A DNA stretch of 64,000 nucleotides from Desulfotomaculum sp. (lineage in GTDB: Bacteria > Bacillota > Desulfotomaculia > Desulfotomaculales > Nap2-2B). Positions 41,847 through 50,184 of the stretch are shown here, piece by piece (position 1 is the stretch's first letter; each line of letters opens with the position of its first letter). The notes under the pieces are model-generated. The model worked only from the letters and a program-made list of their open reading frames with translations, did no database searches and was not told where the DNA came from. Position numbers and translations under genes: made by a program. The DNA is taken from assembly GCA_003485325.1 (NCBI GenBank), contig DMZI01000037.1:16018-80017 (forward strand), given 5' to 3'.

Positions 41847-42302
41847 ATGGGGGAAAGTTTTATGAATACCAGGCGCCCGAATCTAAAAAAGTTTGCCGAG
41901 ATTGAATTGGGAATGGAACTTCCGGAGGTTAAAAAACAGGTCACGCAGGAGATCATCAACAAGTATGCCCATGCCTCCGGTGATATGGATCCGCAGCATA
42001 TTGATCCGGAGTTTGCCGGTCAAACAGTGTTTAAAGGTACAATTGCCCACGGACTGCTTACTATTGCCTATATTTCAGAAATGATGGCCAACTTTTTTAA
42101 AGACGGGTGGTACTCGGGAAGCGCCATGGAAATAAGCTTTCATGCGCCCGTACGGCCCGGTGACACAATCACGGCGTCGGGCAAAGTTAAAACAAAGAAA
42201 ACCTCGGGCGACAGAGGCATTGTAACTTGCAAAGTCGCCTGCACAAACCAGGAGAACGCCAGCATCATTACAGGAACTGCAACAGCTTTAGCGGAACTGT
42301 AA
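41847..42302 (+). CDS. MaoC-like (R)-specific enoyl-CoA hydratase, catalytic hotdog subunit
   Basis: YAHASGDMDPQHIDPEFA is a hydratase-2 motif with Asp and His present, followed by GTIAHGLL. Confidence 0.75.
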   Translation: MGESFMNTRRPNLKKFAEIELGMELPEVKKQVTQEIINKYAHASGDMDPQHIDPEFAGQTVFKGTIAHGLLTIAYISEMMANFFKDGWYSGSAMEISFHAPVRPGDTITASGKVKTKKTSGDRGIVTCKVACTNQENASIITGTATALAEL

Positions 42303-42347
42303 TTTCTTTATTTTGGCCGGGAGGGATCAGTTTTGGAGAAGGAAAAA

Positions 42348-42773
42348 ATGATCAGTTTTGAAGAATTTGAAGTCGGGCAAAAATTTAAGCCTCACGAGTT
42401 CACGATGACCAAAGAAACAATCTATAAATACGCTGAAGCCGTTTTTGATAATAACCCGCTCTATCGCGAAGAGGAAAGCGGTAAAAGCTCTTTTTACGGC
42501 AGTATTATAGCGCCCCCGACAAGCGCTGCCATATATATCATTTCCGCTTTTCAGTCGGAAGGCAAAATCCCCCCCGGCGCGGCGGTCCACGCAAGGCAGA
42601 AGTTCAAATTTATCAGGCCGGTATTTCCCGGGGATCACCTTGTAACCAATGTAACCGTGAAAAACAAGTTCGTCAAAATGGAACGCAAGTATGTGTTTTT
42701 TGAGATGATAACCTTAAATCAGAATGGCGAGCCGGTTGTAAACAGCGAAATAACGGTATTTTGGACGCAATAG
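42348..42773 (+). CDS. MaoC-N-type hotdog protein, probable non-catalytic partner subunit
   Basis: YAEAVFDNNPLYREE is the same motif position but has Tyr replacing the catalytic His. ATG 42348 follows GGAGAAGG. Confidence 0.6.
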   Translation: MISFEEFEVGQKFKPHEFTMTKETIYKYAEAVFDNNPLYREEESGKSSFYGSIIAPPTSAAIYIISAFQSEGKIPPGAAVHARQKFKFIRPVFPGDHLVTNVTVKNKFVKMERKYVFFEMITLNQNGEPVVNSEITVFWTQ

Positions 42774-42775
42774 TT

Positions 42776-43860
42776 TTATTTCTTCTCCATTATTTCCACA
42801 AAAACATTCGCTATTTCCGGGTCGAGCTGGGCGCCTGAACAGCGGGAAATCTCCTTTAAAGCCTCGTCGAAACCGGCTCCCTTGCGGTAAGGGCGGTCGG
42901 TGGTAATTGCATCAAAAGTATCCGCAACGGCAATTATCCTGCCCACAAGGGGAATATCGTATCCTTTTACCCCCTGAGGATAGGATAGCCGCTGCCGTCG
43001 AATTTTTCCTGGTGGTACATCGCTCCTTCATAAATCCCTTCGGCAAGCTGCCGGGGTTCCAAATCGGCAAGGATACGCGTGCCGATTTCCGGGTGCATTT
43101 TCATAATGTTCCACTCTTCGGAAGAGAGCGGTCTCTGAAGAAGAAGAACATTGTCCCGAATACCGATCTTGCCCACATCGTGCAGCAGGGCAGCCCTTTC
43201 CAGTAATTCCAATTCCTCGGGCGAAAATCCGAGTCCTTTTCCAATCATCACGGAATATTGGCTGACCCTCTCGGAATGGCCGTGTGTATAAGGGTCGCGG
43301 GCGTCCAAAGATGAGGCGAGCACCCTGATCAGGCTGTTCAGGAGCATTCCCTGCCAGGTATAAAGCCGGCTGTTTTCCAAGGAGATTGCCGCCTGCCAGG
43401 CAAAAGCCAGTACGATATCCAAGTCTGATTCCGTGAAATACTGCTCCCTTTCTTTATTCAGAAGCTGCAGGCATCCGATTACTTCTTTCCGGCCTCTTAA
43501 AGGTATACACAAAAGGGAACGGGTGACAAACCCTGTCGCGTCGTCAAACCGCCCGGCCCACGAGGCGTCCAGGTGGACATTCTTGATCAGGCGCGGCTCA
43601 TTTTCCGCCACGACCTGCCCTGCCAGACCTTCTCCTGGTTTAAGACGCAGGCCTTTTAAATCGTCAGCCTTGGGACCCCTGGCCACAAAAGGCGCCAGGT
43701 AACCGTCCTCTTCAGCCAGCCAAAGGGTTCCCGCCTCGGCGGATACAACCGCCATTGCCCTTTCAAGCACCAGTTCGAGAAGTTTTTCAAGCTCAAGCTG
43801 GGAATTTAAAAAACGGCTTGTTTCCAGAAGCATTTGCATTTGTTCTGAGGTAATCTGCAA
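42776..43860 (-). pseudogene. GAF + HD-GYP phosphodiesterase gene, frameshifted by a 5-bp tandem duplication
   Basis: The 297-aa ORF ends ...HQEKFDGSGYPILRG*. Another frame continues [67 protein letters not shown] to 42776. Gene strand GGC TATCC TATCC TCAG (42978-42987); deleting one TATCC restores GYPQGVKG. Confidence 0.85.
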
Positions 43861-44064
43861 TGGTTAAACTCCTGTTACAAAAGAGGGATAATTTTACCAA
43901 AGTAGGCTGTAGTATTTAATTCAACCTAAAAAAAAATATTCCTCTAAAAGAAACGCTGAAAATCTCCATAATATAGCAGGCTTCGACAAAAAAAAGAAGG
44001 CTTGAAACCTCAAAAGTAAGGATAAACATGGAAATAAGTATATCTTCATTTTTCAAAGTGGCTC

Positions 44065-44093
44065 TTGATATACCTGTTTTAACGTGCTATACT
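44065..44093 (+). promoter_or_regulatory. sigma-A promoter of the tRNA pair
   Basis: TTGATA (44065-70), a 17-nt spacer, then TATACT (44088-93), 24 nt before tRNA-Pro. Confidence 0.65.
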
Positions 44094-44117
44094 AATTTTG
44101 TATTTTAAGCCTTCTTG

Positions 44118-44195
44118 CGGGATGTGGCGCAGCTTGGCTAGCGCGCTTGCCTTGGGCGCAAGAGGCCGGGGGTTCAAATCCCTCCATCCCGACCA
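44118..44195 (+). tRNA. tRNA-Pro (anticodon UGG), CCA encoded
   Basis: Hand-folded cloverleaf. Acceptor CGGGATG/CATCCCG, D arm GCGC-AGCTTGGCTA-GCGC, anticodon arm CTTGC-CTTGGGC-GCAAG, T arm GGGGG-TTCAAAT-CCCTC, then A73-CCA. Confidence 0.9.
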
Positions 44196-44206
44196 ACTTT
44201 GACTAT

Positions 44207-44282
44207 GGACCGTTAGCTCAATTGGCAGAGCAGGCGACTCTTAATCGTCAGGTTGGGGGTTCGATGCCCTCACGGTCCACCA
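44207..44282 (+). tRNA. tRNA-Lys (anticodon CUU), CCA encoded
   Basis: Acceptor GGACCGT/ACGGTCC, D arm GCTC-AATTGGCA-GAGC, anticodon arm GGCGA-CTCTTAA-TCGTC, T arm GGGGG-TTCGATG-CCCTC. Confidence 0.9.
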
Positions 44283-44293
44283 TAAAAAGCAGC

Positions 44294-44333
44294 AATGGCA
44301 AGGGTTCCGATAGTGGAAGTCCTTGCCATTTTA
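44294..44333 (+). terminator. intrinsic terminator after the tRNA pair
   Basis: AATGGCAAGG-17 nt loop-CCTTGCCATT followed by TT. Confidence 0.7.
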
Positions 44334-44376
44334 GACTATGAATTAACGACAAATGCACTTATAGGGCAGCAAAGAG

Positions 44377-44781
44377 TTAATCAATTAGTTCGATTAAAAC
44401 TCCTGCGAAATCCTTTGGGTGTAAAAAAGTAAAATTTCTTCCACACCAATTCCTTGGTTTTTTATCAATTGGGGAGAGGCCTTTTTTATTAAGCTCTTCC
44501 ATGCTGCCTTCTACATCCGGCACTTTAAAAGATATTAAGAACATACCTTCTCCGTTTTTTTCAATAAATCTGGCAACTTCGCCGTCCGGACTGGTAGATT
44601 CCATGAGTTCGAAAGCAACTTCCCCAATCATAAACCTTGCAACGCTTATCTTTTCTTTCTCATCAATATAGTGATCAACTGCTCTTAAATCGAATGTCCC
44701 GGCAAATAGTTCTTCAGCCTTCTTAACATCTTTAACTGCAATGCAGATGTGATCAATTTTTTCCAACTTCATACTGAACAT
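44377..44781 (-). CDS. methylmalonyl-CoA epimerase (VOC/glyoxalase fold)
   Basis: 134 aa with KIDHICIAVKDVKKAEELF...FLHPKDFAGVLIELI. The start may be the Met at 44772. Confidence 0.75.
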   Translation of the reverse strand: MFSMKLEKIDHICIAVKDVKKAEELFAGTFDLRAVDHYIDEKEKISVARFMIGEVAFELMESTSPDGEVARFIEKNGEGMFLISFKVPDVEGSMEELNKKGLSPIDKKPRNWCGRNFTFLHPKDFAGVLIELID

Positions 44782-44838
44782 CTTCCTTTTTTTATTTTTT
44801 TACTTTACCCTTATGTACCCTGATTCCTAAATACCTGA

Positions 44839-46698
44839 TTACGGTTTTTCTTTAACATATAACGCGTTCAGGTTGAGCCAATAATTAAAAACATCATGTC
44901 GGGGGTCAACATGAATTTGCACATTGTTAAAAACAAGCAGGACAGTTATTTCCGGGGTCTCCAACTGCAGACTCATGTCCTTGACGGTTGCCTTGGGGTT
45001 TTTTGTCTTATCCGGCGAAAATTCCGCTTTAATCTCGTCTATATAAGCGTTCATGCTTTGCTTGAGAATCACGCGATCGTTCAATTCGATCTTTAAGACC
45101 GGTATATTACCAGTAGGGGTAGCTATCCAACTGATCCGGTATAATCCTTTATTCCCTTTAATTATGGCTGTGTCTTCCAATTTCTCCGGCTGCAGATTAA
45201 CAACCCAGTCATATTCTCCGATGTCTATTGCGCCGGCTGGCAACGTGAGGAAAAATCCAATTTTCCCCCTGGGTTCGGCTGCAATAGTGTCCTCGGGCGC
45301 CGACCATGTCTGTTCGAAGCCAAGCTTGATTTTGAATACATCGCTTTCACTCAGGTGTTTATCAAACCATGGCGGAAGCTTTGCATCTTCAGCACAAGCA
45401 AGGTAATTTACCGCATCGGTAATTGATTCTCTTACCGTCCGTTCCGGCTCTTTAGCTGCAGGGATCAGTTTATTATTTTCAAGCATACCCTGGCTGACCA
45501 GCATGTTTTCCAGACGGTTCACCTGGCATGTTACAGGCAGCTCCTGGTACCCTGCCACGGGCAGAACCGCGAAAACAGCCAGCGCACATATAAGGGTTAC
45601 AATCGCAGGATGGGATCTGGCCTTCATTATCAGCAGTAAAATAGACGCCGCCGCTGCAAAAATTAAAATCAAGATGAAGAAATACTCAGTATCTTTAAGC
45701 CCCGTCCTGCTCAACTGGATAAGTATAGCCCTTGCCTCAAATGCCAGAATTATCAGCGCGGCAAAGGGGTAAATTTGTCGGTAGAGCTTTGCCGGTCGTG
45801 ATTCATAATGGGTAACCATTATATGAAGCCAGATCCCGCCGATTGTATAACTGGCTGCGATACCATAGAGTTGATCAAACACTGGCCACGACCCTGTAAT
45901 AATGGTTTTACCTGCCCAGATCAGCAAGACGGCAGTTAAGGCCAGTACGATCGGTATTATGATATATTCCAAAAGTATCTCGATAAACCGCGGCTGTTTC
46001 TGGGCTTCCTCGCGGCGTTCGTCAATCTGTCCCTTGCGGAAGTCCGGAAAATAACCGATGAAAATTGTAAAAGTAAGAAATCCGACTAAAGTCCCTATAT
46101 ACTCATAGACTTTCTCGCTCATACCGCGGTAAAGGAGGGCCTGGACAGCGCCTGCAACTCCTGAGGTACCGGCCATAATAACCAGGCCGTAAACAAGGGC
46201 GATAAAAAAAGCCTTGTGCGTCATGAAAAATGAACGGGCAAAGCCTGTCTGATCTTCTGGATAGCCGGCCAGGATAATGAAGGCAAGAAAACTGATCAGA
46301 ATTGCAGCGCTGACACGTGATGCAGCTATGACCGATACTCTGACAAAACATGAATCGTCCAGGCCTGATTTAGTTCCGCCAAGCAGATAGAGCATTAGAA
46401 AGGCTGCGACTACAACCGCGACACCGAGCAGGTTGGCGACCAAGAATGCTTTTTTGGTGTTGAACCGGCTTTGGGCCGCAGTTATCGCGGCAAGGCTGAA
46501 AACAGCTCCCAGCGCAAAAGCCCAATGCAGACTGTTGAACAGAAGATTATATGGTTCCTGCTGTGGCCAATTTAGTTGAATCCTGATCATCGTCACAACC
46601 GCGAATGCCAGGGCGCTTCCTATGGTAACAGGGAATGTCTGAAAAGCCTTGATTGAGCCTCTGAATACTTGTGAAATCGACGACATAAATACATTCAT
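44839..46698 (-). CDS. polytopic membrane protein with C-terminal soluble domain (DUF4153-like), unknown function
   Basis: 619 aa with about 11 TM helices followed by a ~230-aa non-membrane C-terminal region. The family guess is weak. Confidence 0.35.
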   Translation of the reverse strand: MNVFMSSISQVFRGSIKAFQTFPVTIGSALAFAVVTMIRIQLNWPQQEPYNLLFNSLHWAFALGAVFSLAAITAAQSRFNTKKAFLVANLLGVAVVVAAFLMLYLLGGTKSGLDDSCFVRVSVIAASRVSAAILISFLAFIILAGYPEDQTGFARSFFMTHKAFFIALVYGLVIMAGTSGVAGAVQALLYRGMSEKVYEYIGTLVGFLTFTIFIGYFPDFRKGQIDERREEAQKQPRFIEILLEYIIIPIVLALTAVLLIWAGKTIITGSWPVFDQLYGIAASYTIGGIWLHIMVTHYESRPAKLYRQIYPFAALIILAFEARAILIQLSRTGLKDTEYFFILILIFAAAASILLLIMKARSHPAIVTLICALAVFAVLPVAGYQELPVTCQVNRLENMLVSQGMLENNKLIPAAKEPERTVRESITDAVNYLACAEDAKLPPWFDKHLSESDVFKIKLGFEQTWSAPEDTIAAEPRGKIGFFLTLPAGAIDIGEYDWVVNLQPEKLEDTAIIKGNKGLYRISWIATPTGNIPVLKIELNDRVILKQSMNAYIDEIKAEFSPDKTKNPKATVKDMSLQLETPEITVLLVFNNVQIHVDPRHDVFNYWLNLNALYVKEKP

Positions 46699-46940
46699 GG
46701 TATTCGCCTCCTATTTAACCCTTCTTCCCACAGCCATCTTTACTCGCTGCTGCTGTACCGTCGGACTCAACTATTAACCTTGATAACAGATAATTCTATT
46801 TTGCCTAGCTAATTCCTTCTCCTGCTGTAAAATCAAGAAATTGCAAAGTGAGTTCAGGGAAGAATTAACTATGTAATATCTTCTTAAATATGTTAATATT
46901 TAATTACAACGCAGGCGCCTTAACAACAGGAGAAATTAAA

Positions 46941-47360
46941 ATGCCCGGAATGCAGCATAAAGAAGAAGGTTTTACCATGATCGAAATGATGGTCGTGCTG
47001 GTCATCATCTCGGTGCTGGTCGTCGTCGGCGTCAAGTTTTACAGCGGATATATAGCAAAAGCGAAAATAGACAAGGCCAAGACTGATATTTCAACAATGC
47101 AGGCAGTGGTCGAAGGTTTTTACGCTGAAAACAATTTTTACCCCGGAGATACAGACGCCGCTTCGCTGGCGACCCTCGGCTTAAACACAGATCTGGTTAG
47201 TACATACGGCGGCGAGGTAAAAAATTACATGTATGATCAGTGGTTAGAAGGAAGGTCCTACAAGATTTATACAGGCAAACCGGTTGACGGAACTTTTTAT
47301 GTTGTGGGCGTAGGTACTGATGGAATTTCTGAAAAAGCAACAGTGCAGCCAACAACATAA
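46941..47360 (+). CDS. type IV pilin / pseudopilin (prepilin N-terminal methylation motif)
   Basis: MPGMQHKEEG|FTMIEMMVVLVIISVL is a class III signal (G-F-T-x-I-E). GGAG lies 8 nt upstream of ATG 46941. No pilus assembly genes are nearby. Confidence 0.8.
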   Translation: MPGMQHKEEGFTMIEMMVVLVIISVLVVVGVKFYSGYIAKAKIDKAKTDISTMQAVVEGFYAENNFYPGDTDAASLATLGLNTDLVSTYGGEVKNYMYDQWLEGRSYKIYTGKPVDGTFYVVGVGTDGISEKATVQPTT

Positions 47361-47383
47361 TCATTTACTTCTTTTCACGGTTT

Positions 47384-47677
47384 ATGCCTTTTGGCAGAAC
47401 TGCCCATCCCTCTCCTTAAGAGCTGATCCAGGCGCTGTGAGTTGATCTGGCGGGCGAACTGGAAGCGATTATCGGATATGAGGCTCATGCAATAGCTACA
47501 AATGATGAAAGAGTTAAAAAAGTCCTTTATCATATTGCAGATGAAGAAAGGCGGCACGTGGGCGAACTGCAGCAGCTTATTTTCCTTTTAAATCCCCATG
47601 AGCGGGAATATATTGACAAAGGAGCGCAAACGATTATCGAACAGCAATCCCATAGTTTTCAAACGCCTATCCAGTAG
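47384..47677 (+). pseudogene. ferritin-like/rubrerythrin-like small protein gene with two in-frame stop codons
   Basis: The frame reads MPFGRTAHPSP*ELIQAL*VDLAGELEAIIGYEAHAIATNDERVKKVLYHIADEERRHVGELQQLIFLLNPHEREYIDKG...*. The stops are TAA 47417-19 and TGA 47438-40. There is no Met after the stops and no SD before ATG 47384. Confidence 0.6.
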
Positions 47678-47737
47678 CCTTCAAAAAAGTTGGCAGGTTA
47701 TAATGGATTGTTTTAGCTTAAAGGCAGTATTAAAGTC

Positions 47738-47765
47738 AGGCCGGGGACAATTAACCCGGCCTTTA
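47738..47765 (+). terminator. putative terminator hairpin
   Basis: AGGCCGGG-gacaattaa-CCCGGCCT followed by TTTAAT, a weak U-tract. Confidence 0.45.
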
Positions 47766-47943
47766 ATGTAAGAAAACATATAAGTTTAAACCAAGCCTTG
47801 CCTTATCTTGCCAAAGATGGCCGGACTTTTAATTTACACATTTATATTTTGCTTATATTTTGTTTCTTGCAGAAGTCCCTTCCAAGAATTATAATTTATC
47901 AGGCAAAATCATAAAAAGTGTAAGGATATCCGGGGGTTCGTTC

Positions 47944-49329
47944 ATGCAAGAAATAACAGAAAAAATTTCTTTCACAAGGAGCGCCGGTGCGCAGAAGTCT
48001 TTTTTTGCGGGACTGGATCCGGCAAAATTTCTGATCCTGGGTTTTGCGGCTGTAATCCTGGCCGGGGCTGCGCTGCTGTGCTTGCCTTTTGCCTCGGCGG
48101 CAGGCAAGAGCACGGATTTTCTAACTTCACTGTTTACGGCCACCAGTGCGGTATGTGTAACCGGCCTCGTCGTGGTTGATACCGGAACGTACTGGTCTTT
48201 TTGGGGACAGTTAATTATTTTGGTTTTGATTCAGACCGGCGGCCTTGGGATTATGACCATGGCAACTTTATTTTTTTTGCTGATGGGTAAAAGGATTGGT
48301 TTCAAGGAACGGATGCTGATTAAAGAGGGTCTCAACCAGCTTGATATTTCCGGTGTCGTTAAACTCGCCAAGACAGTTCTGTTTTTTACTTTTATTACAG
48401 AAGGTGCTTTTGCAGTAATTTTAGCTTCCCGTTTATACTATACTGTCGGGTGGCCCCGTTGTTTGTGGTATGGCCTATTTCACTCGATCTCAGCCTTCAA
48501 CAATTCCGGGTTTGATATTTTTGGAAATGTGTTTGGCATGTTTAAAAGTCTAACCGCTTATGTCGACGACCCAATTATCGTTTTTTCAATTACAACTTTA
48601 GTTATTGTCGGCGGGATCGGTTTTTCAGTGGTCATGAACATCTCCCGCATCAAACAACACAAGCTCTCGGTCCATTCCTGGCTGGCCATAGTCATGACAC
48701 TGATCTTAATTGCCGGCGGAACATTATTGTTTTTGCTTTTCGAATGGTCGAACACGCTTAAGCCGCTCACCTGGGAAGGAAAGCTGCTGGCTTCTTATTT
48801 TCAATCAGTCACCCCGCGTACGGCAGGCTTTAATACGGTTGACATAGCCGGCCTGCGCTCGGCCACACAGTTCCTGCTTGTCATCCTGATGTTCATCGGG
48901 GCTTCGCCCGGTTCCACAGGGGGAGGAATTAAAACAACAACATTCGGATTGTTGCTGGTCGCAATCTGGTCTCACGCAAGGGGAAAGGAAGATGTGGAAA
49001 TCAAGAACCGCAGGATACCTACCGAGCAGGTATACAAAGCCCTCGGCGTGGCTCTTCTGTCAGGCTTTTTGGTCATTGCCGTAATCCTGCTCTTAAACCT
49101 GACTGAAAAAGCAAGTTTCCTGCCCGTCCTTTTTGAAACGGTGTCGGCCTTTGGAACAGTGGGCTTGAGCATGAACATGACCCCGACATTAAGCGACTTC
49201 GGGCGTATCCTTATAATTTTAACCATGTTTGTAGGACGCCTTGGACCGCTTACACTTGCTTACGCTCTCGCCCAGGGAAGGCAAAGAAGCGTCGTGCGGC
49301 ACCCCGTAGAGAAAATTTTGATTGGCTGA
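47944..49329 (+). CDS. Trk/Ktr-type potassium uptake membrane subunit (TrkH/KtrB family)
   Basis: About 460 aa and polytopic, with repeated selectivity-filter-like segments (TGGLG, NSGFD, TAGFN, GSTGGGIKT). The start at ATG 47944 (MQEITEK) is preferred. No ktrA/trkA is adjacent. Confidence 0.85.
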   Translation: MQEITEKISFTRSAGAQKSFFAGLDPAKFLILGFAAVILAGAALLCLPFASAAGKSTDFLTSLFTATSAVCVTGLVVVDTGTYWSFWGQLIILVLIQTGGLGIMTMATLFFLLMGKRIGFKERMLIKEGLNQLDISGVVKLAKTVLFFTFITEGAFAVILASRLYYTVGWPRCLWYGLFHSISAFNNSGFDIFGNVFGMFKSLTAYVDDPIIVFSITTLVIVGGIGFSVVMNISRIKQHKLSVHSWLAIVMTLILIAGGTLLFLLFEWSNTLKPLTWEGKLLASYFQSVTPRTAGFNTVDIAGLRSATQFLLVILMFIGASPGSTGGGIKTTTFGLLLVAIWSHARGKEDVEIKNRRIPTEQVYKALGVALLSGFLVIAVILLLNLTEKASFLPVLFETVSAFGTVGLSMNMTPTLSDFGRILIILTMFVGRLGPLTLAYALAQGRQRSVVRHPVEKILIG

Positions 49330-49507
49330 AACAGATTTAAGGAATTACAATGAGGTTCTGCGAGATATTACCATAGGCGAGCCTGTATTCTTAACAAAAA
49401 ATGAAAGCCTAATGATAAAAAAACAAGCATTGCCAGAGATATTACTACCTCTATAAGCGCAAACCCATTTTTGCCGGGTTTTGTGAACACTAAAAATCAC
49501 CCGTTTG

Positions 49508-49941
49508 CTACCCCACTTGTACTTCGCCTGTTAATGACCCTGTTTCTTTTGTTATACCATTAACCGTATGGTAAATAGTCACAGTTATATTATAAGTCCC
49601 GGCAGGCGGATTTGCTGTCAGACTCCCCGCCGCGTCCGTCCTGTTCCCGGTGACCCGGAACTGATAATCAGTGTGGGCTGAAATAGTCGTAGGGCCAAGG
49701 TCATCAATATTTTTTTGCTTTTAAATTCTTCTATCTTATCTTGAGCCAGGTCAACCGAAAAAGACCTGTCATTCGAGCGGTTGGCCATCCTGTAGTAGTC
49801 AGGAACAAGACGAACCAGGGGGATGAGCAGCGTAGCAAGTATTATGAAGGCAACTAGCGCTTCTAAAAGACTAAAGCCACAAACGCTCTTTATGTTTTTA
49901 TAAATTTCATTATTAATAGATTTCACTTTTAAATATCTCAT
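49508..49941 (-). pseudogene. minor pseudopilin gene with frameshift in an A7 homopolymer
   Basis: The N-terminus ...KSVCG|FSLLEALVAFIILA is a prepilin motif. After ...EEFKSKK (A7 on the gene strand = T-run 49710-49716) the 107-aa frame turns to junk. The +1 frame continues NIDDLGPTTISAHTDYQFRVTGNRTDAAGSLTANPPAGTYNITVTIYHTVNGITKETGSLTGEVQVG* to 49508. Confidence 0.75.
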
Positions 49942-50122
49942 CCAGTTTACATCTCATTTCAACAAGAAAAATTGTCGAAATATGAAACCCTGTATTTATT
50001 ATTATAGCATGAAAAGTTTGCAAGCCGGGATCAGATATTTTTTCTTATTCCAACCACTTAATTCTACAATGCGCATGCAATTAAATAAGATAATGTGCCG
50101 CAAATCACATACTTATAATAAT

Positions 50123-50149
50123 AAAAGAGGGGCGCGAATCCCCTCTTTT
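50123..50149. terminator. bidirectional intrinsic terminator
   Basis: AAAAGAGGGG-cgcgaat-CCCCTCTTTT, with flanking A and T runs on both strands. It lies 36 nt downstream of the acyl-CoA dehydrogenase stop. Confidence 0.8.
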
Positions 50150-50184
50150 ATATCTTTTCTTTGTTTAATTGGCCCGTTTTTTAT

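Noticed and set aside
47438-47440. The in-frame TGA in the ferritin-like gene might be a selenocysteine codon.
   Set aside because: A TAA lies 7 codons upstream in the same frame. The TGA aligns with a position I expect to be Arg rather than Cys. I saw no SECIS-like hairpin immediately downstream.
47678-47943. A second c-di-AMP riboswitch was expected upstream of the Ktr/Trk-type gene.
   Set aside because: None of the ydaO blocks (GGGGUGAA, CAGCUAACCUCGUAAGCG) is present on either strand. The region holds only a terminator-like hairpin and AT-rich promoter sequence.
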